Assembly (NCBI GenBank): GCA_030630585.1
Contig: DAOVMU010000001.1
Span: 1 to 34,807, forward strand
Reading direction: 5' to 3'
Length of the DNA: 34,807 nucleotides
Source of the DNA: Candidatus Bathyarchaeota archaeon
GTDB lineage: Archaea; Thermoproteota; Bathyarchaeia; Bathyarchaeales; Bathycorpusculaceae
Part shown: in pieces, positions 25,947 to 34,807 of the stretch
Layout: each line of letters begins with the position of its first letter
How positions within the stretch are numbered: position 1 is the stretch's first letter
Made by a program: the position numbers and the translations under genes
The notes under the pieces: model-generated
Told to the model about the DNA's origin: nothing
The model's database searches: none
What the model saw: the letters and a program-made list of their open reading frames with translations, nothing else

Positions 25947-28900
25947 TTATGGTTCTTTGTATCCGTATCTAGAGAGCAGTATGACTGCGTCGAAGAGGAA
26001 AACTTGGCCGTTACAGTTTATGTCCAGATTAGGATCGTAGCGAGGGGAGTCTGCCTTGGAGCCATAAGCTTTTAGCAGCGTTACAGCGTCGAAAAGGTCC
26101 ACGTCACCATCTGGCCCTTCAACATCGCCAGGCCACACGATGATTACAGTGTCACCTACGTAAGTGTTGTCAGCGGTATCTGTTTCGCCGAGAACTGGTG
26201 TAGCGTACGCGCTTAGAGTGTAGTTTAAGTATCTTGTTTCACTTGCATCCCACTTGAATGGTACAATTTTGGTTTCGCCAACTAGTAGCGAGACGTTGGT
26301 GGCTGCTATGACGTTTGTTGTATTCCAATAGAGTGTTAGAGTGAAAGTTTCATTTGTTGGACCCTCGTTTGTGACGGTTACGTTGATTGGATGTGTTAGG
26401 TTTTGCCCCAAGATTGTCTGTCCATAACATATCGTAAGGTTTGTCACAGCGATATCAGGTTCCGGCAATGGTTCAAGTGGTGACGTTATCACAGCATATT
26501 CGATGCGAGCTTCCAATTCTGGATTATCAAAGTACCCATCGAGTGCCCAATGATAACCGCTTGGACTTGGCAGAAGCGTCACATGGTAGGCGTCATGAGA
26601 GACTAAACTTGCATCGTTATGTGTGACATATGGTGGTTCTGGTGGATGCACGTGTGGAACCGGTGAACGTCCTGGAGTTCTTCCAGCTTCAAAATCATCT
26701 CTAATGGGGTTGCTAATGAGCAGTTCCTGGGTGGTTGAGTTTATACCTGCAACTGTCACGTAATGACCGCCCTCACGAATTTCGGTGCCATACCAGTAGA
26801 AGCCCAACAGCAGGACAACATCTTGGCATCTTTCAACTTCTTCTTCGATGAACCAGAAGAATTCCCAGTCTTCCCACGCATCTGCCGTGTGTTCGTAGAA
26901 TATACCAGTCTCACCCATATGGGCGATAACTATTAACGCATCATTCATATCGATCACGTTGTCGGTCCATGGAGGATAAGTTGATGATGCAGGCCATATG
27001 TCAGCGGCGAGGTTCCACCCCGGCATACCGGGCGAGGTTCCATAAGCAGCAGCAACTATATCACCATCTATCGAATCTACTACTCCATCGCCATTTACGT
27101 CTCCCTGTGGGTTAACTCCGCTCCATGAAAGGTACTGAGCAAGCCCTGCTTCCATGTCATGAACGTATGTGCCTGACCACCAGACTCCTGTGAATGGCCC
27201 TGTTCTCAAAGCGTCGCAATCCATCAGCCAAGCTAAGTGCTCAACAAGAAATGGAAGGTTTGCCGGGTCATGGTCATCCCAAGGGGGACCCCCATAGCTT
27301 TGAACAAGTGGAAAACTGTCGCTGTAGATTGGCGGCTGCGGCGAACCTGGATTGAGGTAGTACTCGTATTTCGAGTCATACCACCAGATTGAGTTTGCGC
27401 ATGCTACAGGTCCGCAATGGCTCCATGCACCCCACATGTCGGTCCAATTGTAGGTTCCCCATTGTCTCTGGTCAAAGTCTGGCATTCCACTAGGCGCATA
27501 GTCTGGATACGGCGGTTTAATGTACCATGGTTCTTCCGGTTCTTCAAGCAGTCTTGCAGTTACATTCCATGGTGGTGGAATTGGCGGATCTTGTGGATCA
27601 TCTACAAAGTCTATGTGGAATTCGTTTATTCCGTCGTTTGCGTCTACATGGAAGGTTATGCCAGCCCATTCAGGTGGCCAGATTATTTCCCACCATGAAC
27701 ATGGCGCAGGTACAAAACCCGGTGGATCAATAACTACGAACCAGTCGCACGTCTCGATGTCATCGATTTTTCTCTCTGCTGTTAGCTGGTATATTGGTAG
27801 TGGAATGAATGGTTCAGGCCATACCTCATCTACGTGGAAGAGTCCATCTGCAGGAATATACTGGTCTACGTGGAATTCGAAGCCTGTCGGTTCGCCAGTG
27901 TCTGGATCTAGTATTTCCCACCACGAACAATTCTCAGGGGTAAGTGACGGATCACCAACTCTGAACCAGGTGCAAGGTTGTATGATGTCTATTTTCTTTC
28001 TTACTGTAACAGTGTATGATGGCGGTATTGTGATTATTATGTCAGGTTTTGTTTCATCTACATGGAACATCGTGAATCCATCAGTTACGTCTACGTGGAA
28101 CTCTAAGCCTGTTGGGGCACCAGTATCGTCCAGCACTTCCCACCATGAACAAGGGTCAGGAAGGTACTCTATCGGGTCTACAATTATGAACCAGTCGCAA
28201 GGTTCGATCTCTATAATTTTCTTTTCAGCAATCACGTAGGGCACTGGAAACTTAAACACATAAGGTTCTGGGATTACTTCGTCAATGTGGAACTCACAGC
28301 TCTCATTAGTCCAATCAACATGGAAGTTATAGCCAGTCGGCTCGCCGGTCCAAGGATCTATTATCTCCCACCAAGTACACGGTTCTGGATACCAGTCGCT
28401 AGGCCAGTGAACCTCATAATATTCACAGGGTTCAATGATGGGTATCTTTTGAATTGCCCACACTTCGTACCACGGAAACGGCAGCACATAAATGCCGGGG
28501 TCACCGTAGATTAATACCTCGTCTATGTGGAATTCACAGCTCTCATTAGTCCAGTCAACATGAAACTCAACGCCAGTCAGTTCGCCAGTTTCAGGATCAA
28601 TTATTTCCCACCAAGTGCACGGTTCCGGATACCAGCCGCTAGGCCAGTGAACTTCGTAGTATTGGCATGGTTCTATGATGTCTATCTTTTTGACAGCTTT
28701 GAAAACCTCGTAAGGAATTGGAAATCCCTGGACTGGCACCGTTGCATCCACATGGAATGTGTCAAAACCATCATTGCCATCGACGTGAAACTCGCCTAAG
28801 AGTTCCCCTGTATACATGTCAATTGCCTCCCACCATGAACATTCTTCAGGCAGAAACCCTTCTGGCTCCACGACCCTGAGTAAGTCACACGGTTCGAGCC

Positions 28901-29168
28901 AACCATCACTTAGCTCAAAAACCAGCATTACGATGCCTGACTGAAACGCCATTTCAACACCGGATTCGAATACCATTGATGTGTAGTCTTTGAACGTCAT
29001 TTCTACATCGGTCGTGAAGTCGATTTTTTCGCCAGAAGTGAAACTCATATTGCCATTTTCAGCGTAGGCTACGTTGAACGGTAGAAATGCTAAGGAACTG
29101 GCAAGCATTAGCGAAACTAAAATCAAAGCCGAAGCATTAGAACTAAGGTTTTTTGTCAATTTCTCCAT
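25947..29168 (-). CDS. Secreted multidomain protein: six tandem ~75-aa repeats, papain-like (C39/C10-type) domain with internal dockerin, CARDB, C-terminal dockerin
   Basis: Signal peptide ending AYA; repeats EPC..CxWWE..FHVD..FH(V/I)D; HCGPVACANS...GGHYVTVAG...ISNP; GDVNGDGVVD; DIAVTN; GDV..DGDVDLFD...DINCNG. Confidence 0.8.
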   Translation of the reverse strand: MEKLTKNLSSNASALILVSLMLASSLAFLPFNVAYAENGNMSFTSGEKIDFTTDVEMTFKDYTSMVFESGVEMAFQSGIVMLVFELSDGWLEPCDLLRVVEPEGFLPEECSWWEAIDMYTGELLGEFHVDGNDGFDTFHVDATVPVQGFPIPYEVFKAVKKIDIIEPCQYYEVHWPSGWYPEPCTWWEIIDPETGELTGVEFHVDWTNESCEFHIDEVLIYGDPGIYVLPFPWYEVWAIQKIPIIEPCEYYEVHWPSDWYPEPCTWWEIIDPWTGEPTGYNFHVDWTNESCEFHIDEVIPEPYVFKFPVPYVIAEKKIIEIEPCDWFIIVDPIEYLPDPCSWWEVLDDTGAPTGLEFHVDVTDGFTMFHVDETKPDIIITIPPSYTVTVRKKIDIIQPCTWFRVGDPSLTPENCSWWEILDPDTGEPTGFEFHVDQYIPADGLFHVDEVWPEPFIPLPIYQLTAERKIDDIETCDWFVVIDPPGFVPAPCSWWEIIWPPEWAGITFHVDANDGINEFHIDFVDDPQDPPIPPPWNVTARLLEEPEEPWYIKPPYPDYAPSGMPDFDQRQWGTYNWTDMWGAWSHCGPVACANSIWWYDSKYEYYLNPGSPQPPIYSDSFPLVQSYGGPPWDDHDPANLPFLVEHLAWLMDCDALRTGPFTGVWWSGTYVHDMEAGLAQYLSWSGVNPQGDVNGDGVVDSIDGDIVAAAYGTSPGMPGWNLAADIWPASSTYPPWTDNVIDMNDALIVIAHMGETGIFYEHTADAWEDWEFFWFIEEEVERCQDVVLLLGFYWYGTEIREGGHYVTVAGINSTTQELLISNPIRDDFEAGRTPGRSPVPHVHPPEPPYVTHNDASLVSHDAYHVTLLPSPSGYHWALDGYFDNPELEARIEYAVITSPLEPLPEPDIAVTNLTICYGQTILGQNLTHPINVTVTNEGPTNETFTLTLYWNTTNVIAATNVSLLVGETKIVPFKWDASETRYLNYTLSAYATPVLGETDTADNTYVGDTVIIVWPGDVEGPDGDVDLFDAVTLLKAYGSKADSPRYDPNLDINCNGQVFLFDAVILLSRYGYKEP
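27546..28901 (-). repeat. Six intragenic tandem protein repeats
   Basis: Recurring EPC/CxWWE/FHVD/FHID/(R/K)KID pattern; units 2 and 3 nearly identical in DNA. Confidence 0.85.
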
Positions 29169-29269
29169 TCTCCTATTTTTGAAGTACGCATAACATATGA
29201 CAAGAATAAACTTTTAAAGTTTGTGAGGCTAAGTTCTATGCTTAGACCACGTTGGATCACTGTCTAGTG

Positions 29270-31663
29270 TTAGTGACAGTCACATCGTCTTCCATAGTTC
29301 ATGCACACTATCATTAGGTCATATTCGTCTACGACGTTATATGGTTCCGCAATGTCACATCTGGGATTCCAGTTGGGGTCTCCTGGCTGAGAACCAAAAG
29401 CTAAACATATCCAGACGGCATCGTAAAGATTAACTGCAAGGTCATGGTTAATGTCAGCAGGACTCCAATAGAGGTTCATTAAAGGGTAGTTGTCAATGCC
29501 TAGCCACGGCAATTCGGTGTCTCCAATTCCATCACCATTAGAATCAGTACCATTATAATCACTCCAATAATTACCTTCGCAACCATTGTCCCAGACATTT
29601 TGGTATGAAAACACCAAATCTGCCTGTTCACTGTTTTCAACTAGATTGTTGTGAAAAATACTGTTAAGGTGTGAAGAAGAAAACCGGATTCCATAAAGAT
29701 TATTCAGAATAGTGTTACGTCGAAGATAGTTGTGACTGGCTTCATAAAGGGAAATCCCTTTCTCACAGTCTCCTGCAATGTTATTTTCAACGACATTATA
29801 ATCCGATTTATAAAGTTGAATCCCAACCCAATTCTTAAAGCAGCAACTATTGTTTACTATGTTGTCATTTGAAGCTTGAAGATATATGCCATAACAGTTC
29901 TCTGAAGCCGTTACGTTTTCTATCCTCGAGTCGGTTACATTATACCAGAAGAGACCATGACCGTTTTTAGTTAGGTTCAAGTTCCGCACAGTAATGTTAA
30001 GGCAGTTTATGAGGTATAGAACGCCTATGCTTGTTTGGTTGTCAAACACTTCATCTTCAGAGCCGACGACATAATTGATTGGCTTCCCGTCAACAGTGTT
30101 GCTTACGTCTACCGTATTGTTGAAATTCGAAAAACCGCCGCCGAAAACGCCGAAATTGTACGAATTGTTAAAAATCTCATTCTGATTGAGAACGTTGTCG
30201 CTTGAATGCCATAACAATACTCCATTTTCATAATTGGAAGAAATAATGTTGTCGTCTATGAGACAGCTTTGTGAAAAGAAAAGGTAAAGCCCGATTCGAT
30301 TACTCGTTATTAAGCAGTGACGTATGTTGCTTCCAACGCTATGATTTAAGAGGACGCCGCAATCATCTCCATAAGGTGGAAAGTTGAACCCGCTGTTACA
30401 TATGGTGAAATTGATAACGTTGACGTTGTCTGCATTCACTGACAAAACCGTGCCTGTGTTTCCTCCATCTATAACTGTTGTTGTTTTATTCTCCCCGATA
30501 AGAGTCAAAGGTTTATGTATATTCACGTTCTCACTGTATATACCTGGGTCAACCCGTAATGTATGTCCGTCCAAAGTTTCGGAAGCATCTACTGCGGATT
30601 GTATTGTTAAATAGGTTAAGTTCGTGTTTATATTACGGACAGAGCCGTAGGGACGCATCAGAGGATACCTATCTACGTCATAACTATTGACAGCATAAGG
30701 GGTGTCACCTATCCCGTCGCTACAGGTTTGGTTTTGATAAGGTCCGCTGTGTATATCTGTGCCATTGTAGCGGCTCCAGTGGTTTCCTCCTGAGGGGTAA
30801 CCATCATCCCATATATTTCCTGACCATACATGAATGAACGGGTTCGTATTGTTGATGAAATTGTTGTGATAGATGAAGTTGTTGAAGAATGTTCCGTTTG
30901 GAGGCATTTTTTCTATCGTGCCATCATATGTATTGTTGTAAACCGTGTTGGCCGTTATGTTGTTGTATGAGCATGGTGAATACAGGCGAACGCCTTGGCT
31001 GTTTTGAGTAATATTATTTCCTTTCACAGTACAGCCTGTTGCGTTTTGCAGGTGAACGCCTGCAATACAATTGGAAACGTTGTTGCCAATTGCTGTGCAA
31101 TTAACGGAATTTATTAATCTGATTCCATAGCCATCACCCGCTATTGTGTTGTGGAAAACTCGAGAATTCTGTGAATGATTTAATCTAATGTTCTGGCAGT
31201 TATAAAACAGAAAGTTATTTTTGATCTCGCAGTTATCAGCACGATAAACATAGATTCCGTTTTTAAACCATCCCCAACCACTGTTCTGCAATGTGAAATC
31301 AGCTATGGTTACATCATCCGCTGTTATACCTACAACAGTACCGCCACTACTACCGTCAATTATTGTTGTCGAAGCGTTTTCCCCAATAAGCGAAATTGTC
31401 TTGTTTATGACTATACGTTCATAGTAGACGGCTGAAGGAACATAGATGGTTGAGCCATTTTCAGCTTTGTTAATCGCCTCTTGTATTGAGCTAAAATTCG
31501 CCTGAATGAACCGTCGTCCAAGGTTCATAATAAGAAAATCAATGAGAGAAGGAGAATCACGATGCGCAGCAACTCGCAGGAAAACAAAGCCGGAAACAAT
31601 CAACCAGAAACCTATCGAAAAAACCACTAGCAACTCCAACATCTTCACCGGATTTATTCGCAT
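29270..31663 (-). CDS. NosD/pectin-lyase-like parallel beta-helix surface protein (two modules) with C-terminal dockerin
   Basis: Two 'IQ.A' / 'Y.E...I.K...LIGE....TIIDG' starts, 'WDDGYPSGGN.W', 'DGIGDT', 'D.YPLM'; ADINHDLAVNLYD...WNPRCDI. Confidence 0.85.
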   Translation of the reverse strand: MRINPVKMLELLVVFSIGFWLIVSGFVFLRVAAHRDSPSLIDFLIMNLGRRFIQANFSSIQEAINKAENGSTIYVPSAVYYERIVINKTISLIGENASTTIIDGSSGGTVVGITADDVTIADFTLQNSGWGWFKNGIYVYRADNCEIKNNFLFYNCQNIRLNHSQNSRVFHNTIAGDGYGIRLINSVNCTAIGNNVSNCIAGVHLQNATGCTVKGNNITQNSQGVRLYSPCSYNNITANTVYNNTYDGTIEKMPPNGTFFNNFIYHNNFINNTNPFIHVWSGNIWDDGYPSGGNHWSRYNGTDIHSGPYQNQTCSDGIGDTPYAVNSYDVDRYPLMRPYGSVRNINTNLTYLTIQSAVDASETLDGHTLRVDPGIYSENVNIHKPLTLIGENKTTTVIDGGNTGTVLSVNADNVNVINFTICNSGFNFPPYGDDCGVLLNHSVGSNIRHCLITSNRIGLYLFFSQSCLIDDNIISSNYENGVLLWHSSDNVLNQNEIFNNSYNFGVFGGGFSNFNNTVDVSNTVDGKPINYVVGSEDEVFDNQTSIGVLYLINCLNITVRNLNLTKNGHGLFWYNVTDSRIENVTASENCYGIYLQASNDNIVNNSCCFKNWVGIQLYKSDYNVVENNIAGDCEKGISLYEASHNYLRRNTILNNLYGIRFSSSHLNSIFHNNLVENSEQADLVFSYQNVWDNGCEGNYWSDYNGTDSNGDGIGDTELPWLGIDNYPLMNLYWSPADINHDLAVNLYDAVWICLAFGSQPGDPNWNPRCDIAEPYNVVDEYDLMIVCMNYGRRCDCH

Positions 31664-31786
31664 TTACTCCTCTCCTCTCACTCACCGCTCACTTCAGGAT
31701 AAATAAATCCATATCGCCACCTATTACTTTAACGGACACTCGCTTGCCCCCAACATCCTAGATCTTCTTTTCACAGACCCTCAGCC

Positions 31787-32260
31787 TCAGGGAAGGATCT
31801 CCAGCAAAATGTCAACGATTTTCTGCGCTGATGCTTCAACCTCAGGCGTTAGTCCTTCCCCAAAACCAGCCTTCTTGGGCTCTATCAACAGCAGGGCAAT
31901 TTTTGCCTCTGTCGTTTCAGCAAGGTACTCGCAAAAAATCCTTAAGGGAAGTGCATGTGTAGAATATGCTGGAAACGCCGCTAACCGTTCTGGTTTAATA
32001 AGTCTAGAATCTCCAGGTTCTAAGCCTAGAATCGCCGCGTCTACTAGCAAGACATGTGTCGGATTGAAGTCTATGATTTTCTGGATAAAGTTTTCCGGGA
32101 CAGTCTCACATTCAATCAAGTAGACATTTTCAGAAACTTTTCCCTTTAAATCTTGAGCTATTTTAGTTCCAACAAAATCATCCATGCGAATAGGGTTTCC
32201 AATTCCGGCTACGACTACTTTTTCAGCGTTTGAGAGCCACGTCTTCAATTCTCCTTCCAT
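31787..32260 (-). CDS. hycI: Hydrogenase maturation endopeptidase (HycI-like)
   Basis: GIGN..R.DD..G, ETVPEN, VDAA, STHALPL; downstream of large subunit; start may be further upstream. Confidence 0.88.
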   Translation of the reverse strand: MEGELKTWLSNAEKVVVAGIGNPIRMDDFVGTKIAQDLKGKVSENVYLIECETVPENFIQKIIDFNPTHVLLVDAAILGLEPGDSRLIKPERLAAFPAYSTHALPLRIFCEYLAETTEAKIALLLIEPKKAGFGEGLTPEVEASAQKIVDILLEILP

Positions 32261-32313
32261 CTTCCAGCCTCTGCTAATCATTGGACGATCTCCATAAAAA
32301 CCCAACGAAAACT

Positions 32314-32331
32314 GAAAGGAAATAAAAAGGG
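32314..32331 (-). terminator. Possible oligo-T terminator after mvhA
   Basis: Minus strand CCCTTTTTATTTCCTTTC directly after the stop. Confidence 0.35.
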
Positions 32332-33786
32332 CTATCTTTGCACTGTTTTGAGAAGCCTTTTTTCGTGGTTATAGATTTCTACGGTGAAGGGCATTTGTCC
32401 AATTGCGAAGTGTGAGGCACATGCGAAACACGGGTCATAGGCTCTGAAAGCCATTTCAACCTTGTTGAGTAAGCCTTGGTTTACGTTACCACCGTGAATT
32501 AAGCCTTTGGCTGCATCACGAACGGACATGCAAATTGCTGGGTAATTGTTAGTTGTTGCAACAATCAGGTTCACATTTTTGATGAGTGCATTCTCGTCCA
32601 ACAAATAATGATGGATTAAGGTTCCTCTAGCTGCCTCTACTACTCCTACGCCTTCTCCAGGTTTGCCTGGCAGGTTGCGGATATTCGTGCTTGTTATCTC
32701 CGAGTCTTTGCATAGTTCTACTGCTCTTTCTGCAGCGTAAAGTAACTCAATGAGCCTAGCCCAGTGGAAAGCCAATGTGGAATGGACAGGTTTTCCACCT
32801 AAAGCCTTGTACATAAGCTCATACTCTTCTTGTGCAAGCGGGGTAGCCATACCATCTGCGGCGTTAAGTCTTCCAAGAGGACCAACACGATATACTCCGC
32901 TGTCTACTCCATCAACGAAGCCTTTCCATCCCACCTTCTTCAAGTAAGGCGCCTTCACATACGTCCATTCTTCCACATGCTCAGCGACATGATCAAGATA
33001 ATCTTTAGGTTCAAACTTTAGGAACTCGTTACCGGACGGGTCGACAACTCTTACTTTGCCGTCGTAGAAGTTAACTTTGTTATTTTCGTCAACAATGCCC
33101 ATATAATAGGTTTTTAACGTATAGGCGGCGCTTTTGATCATGTCCACGTATTTTTCATTTCCTAGAACAATGTCGTGAAACAGCTTCAACGAAAGCTTTG
33201 CAAATTCCACACATGAATTAGCCATTTCTTCAATTTCTTGTCTCTCTTCTTCGCTTAATGATTTAGAGATTCCTCCCGGCAATCCGCAAACTGGATGAGT
33301 GGCTTTTCCTCCGATGATTTCTGTTATTTTTTGTCCGTACGCCCTATGTTTAATGACTTGTTTGCCAATTTCCAAACCTGCCTTTTCAATTACGCCTAGA
33401 ATGTTTCTTTTCTCTGGCGGCGCTTCAGGTCCAACTATGAAGTCTGGTCCACCCAAATAGAAGAAGTGTAGTATGTGGTCATAGATTATGTAGCCGCAAT
33501 ACATTAGTTCCCTAAGCTTTTTTGCAGCGGACGGCGGTTCAACGTTGAATGCAGCATCTAAAGCTTTTGTTCCAGCATAATGATGGGCGACAGGGCAGAC
33601 TCCACATATTCTGCTGGTTATTTGCGGCATGTCTTCAGCTTTTCTTCCAACACAGAATCTTTCGAAACCTCTGAGTTCTGGAATTTGAAGATACGCATTT
33701 GCCACATTTCCCTGTTCATCCAGAAAAATCGTGATTTTTCCATGACCTTCCAGTCTTGTAATTGGGTTTATAATGACTTCTCTCAT
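32332..33786 (-). CDS. mvhA: F420-non-reducing [NiFe]-hydrogenase large subunit (group 3c)
   Basis: TRLEGH, RGFE.F, L1 RICGVC, EAARGTL.H, L2 RAYDPCFACASH plus cleavable tail. Confidence 0.93.
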   Translation of the reverse strand: MREVIINPITRLEGHGKITIFLDEQGNVANAYLQIPELRGFERFCVGRKAEDMPQITSRICGVCPVAHHYAGTKALDAAFNVEPPSAAKKLRELMYCGYIIYDHILHFFYLGGPDFIVGPEAPPEKRNILGVIEKAGLEIGKQVIKHRAYGQKITEIIGGKATHPVCGLPGGISKSLSEEERQEIEEMANSCVEFAKLSLKLFHDIVLGNEKYVDMIKSAAYTLKTYYMGIVDENNKVNFYDGKVRVVDPSGNEFLKFEPKDYLDHVAEHVEEWTYVKAPYLKKVGWKGFVDGVDSGVYRVGPLGRLNAADGMATPLAQEEYELMYKALGGKPVHSTLAFHWARLIELLYAAERAVELCKDSEITSTNIRNLPGKPGEGVGVVEAARGTLIHHYLLDENALIKNVNLIVATTNNYPAICMSVRDAAKGLIHGGNVNQGLLNKVEMAFRAYDPCFACASHFAIGQMPFTVEIYNHEKRLLKTVQR

Positions 33787-34775
33787 TTTTCCATAATCCT
33801 CCTTTTAAGAATTGAAGATGGTAGCGAGTACATGTAAAACGTTCCCAAGGGATCTTTTATTTGAGCAATAAGCTTTTCAATGTCAGCTTCCGTGTATTTT
33901 TCCTTCTCTTCTTCCAAGCCGAGTAATGACGCTAGGGCACTGATCATTGCAGCTCCCTGTTCAAGCGAGTTTGGACATGGTCCTCCGCATCCGGTGCATG
34001 GCATACCTGCTTTTATGCATCTTGCGGTGCATCCTCCACGGGTTGCTGGACCCATGCAGATTATTCCTTGTTCTAGAAGACATTTGTTTGGGTCTGGAAT
34101 TATCTCGTATATGCGATGTATTTCAGGGATTTGCATTTTTTCTTTCTTTAATGGGTTTAATGGACATTCATCGCAGACCGATTTTAAGGGAGCCAGCACT
34201 GAACCTTTAGGTGGAAGCTCACCTTTCACTATGGTTTCTAAAGCGCTTACTGTAAGTTCGACTGACGGTGGGCAGCCTGGAACAGAATAGTCAACGTCCA
34301 CCGTTTGAGCTAAGGTTTTTACAGTGTCGTAGAATTCTGGAAGCTCCAACTTGCCTTCTTTGACTGTAACTCGAGTTTTGGGAGTTACGCCTTCAGGGTT
34401 GATAGTAGAAATGTTTTGGAGGTAAGCCTTTTCAAACACTTCTCTTCTGTTTGCGACGTTTGCTAAACCTGGTATTCCTCCCATGTATGAGCATGACCCA
34501 TATGCAATCAAAACTTTTGATTTCTCCCTAAGTAATTTCGCCATTTTCTCGTTTTCTTCGGTTCTTACTGCACCGTTGAAAAAGCAGACATCTATGTATT
34601 TATCTGGCATGTTCTCAACATCCTTGTATTTGATGTCCATTGCAACGGGCCAGAAAACAATGTCTGCTACTTGTACGACTTCCAAGATTTTCTCGTTAAT
34701 GTCTAATATTGAGATTTCGCAGCCGCCGCAGCTTGCAGCCCAGTAAAAGCCGAATTTCAGTTTTTCTTTCGCCAT
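33783..34775 (-). CDS. mvhG: F420-non-reducing [NiFe]-hydrogenase small subunit
   Basis: YWAASCGGC, GSC...GGIPGLAN, PGCPP, VCDEC, CLLEQG.ICMGPATR.GC..RC....MPCTGC.GP. Confidence 0.92.
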   Translation of the reverse strand: MAKEKLKFGFYWAASCGGCEISILDINEKILEVVQVADIVFWPVAMDIKYKDVENMPDKYIDVCFFNGAVRTEENEKMAKLLREKSKVLIAYGSCSYMGGIPGLANVANRREVFEKAYLQNISTINPEGVTPKTRVTVKEGKLELPEFYDTVKTLAQTVDVDYSVPGCPPSVELTVSALETIVKGELPPKGSVLAPLKSVCDECPLNPLKKEKMQIPEIHRIYEIIPDPNKCLLEQGIICMGPATRGGCTARCIKAGMPCTGCGGPCPNSLEQGAAMISALASLLGLEEEKEKYTEADIEKLIAQIKDPLGTFYMYSLPSSILKRRIMEK

Positions 34776-34807
34776 CTTATCATCCTACATATGAATTCGA
34801 CTTAGGA

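Noticed and set aside
27546..28901. Periodic DNA repeats as a CRISPR array
   Set aside because: Period of about 225-240 bp, in frame and degenerate at codon third positions: protein repeats; no cas genes
175..34746. Numerous antisense or overlapping ORFs in the track (e.g. 175-555, 8566-8958, 21209-21490, 21704-22375, 27520-28239, 33880-34290)
   Set aside because: Shadows of well-supported genes on the other strand or frame, with no recognisable motifs
32332..34775. Selenocysteine or split (VhuU-type) hydrogenase
   Set aside because: L1 and L2 motifs have ordinary Cys in a single ORF with no in-frame TGA
34776..34807. Possible 3' end of an upstream mvhD gene
   Set aside because: Expected from context, but only about 30 nt are visible and carry no diagnostic motif
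1..34807. Transposase, integrase or defence-system genes
   Set aside because: None recognisable among the ORFs in this window

Overview
Archaeal genomic window, most consistent with Bathyarchaeia (inferred from dockerin/NosD surface proteins, a zinc-ribbon membrane protein, frequent TTG/GTG starts and oligo-T terminators). Left half: a tungsten/molybdenum-cofactor and sulfur-relay cluster (moaE, two ubiquitin-like MoaD/SAMP proteins, ncsA/ttuA, ubaA/moeB, modE, tupABC, moaA-moaE2-moaC-moaB-moeA) with three visible ModE-type operator palindromes, followed by tRNA-Ile2(CAU). Middle: a B12-radical SAM enzyme, an Xaa-Pro peptidase and a biotin-dependent Na+-translocating decarboxylase operon of unusual build (birA, OadG-TM fused to the biotin carrier, a small Cys-rich ORF, an unannotated ATA-start 73-aa subunit, a biotin-less oadA, oadB), divergent from a W-aldehyde:ferredoxin oxidoreductase and its Fe-S subunit. 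Right: two secreted dockerin-tailed proteins (one with six tandem Cys/Trp/FHVD repeats and a papain-like domain interrupted by a dockerin) and a group 3c [NiFe]-hydrogenase mvhG-mvhA-hycI. The most notable items are the rearranged decarboxylase, two apparent ATA initiation codons with identical SD spacing, a candidate hairpin sRNA with a CU-rich loop, and the repeat-peptidase-dockerin protein. All calls are from motif reading by eye; no searches were run.
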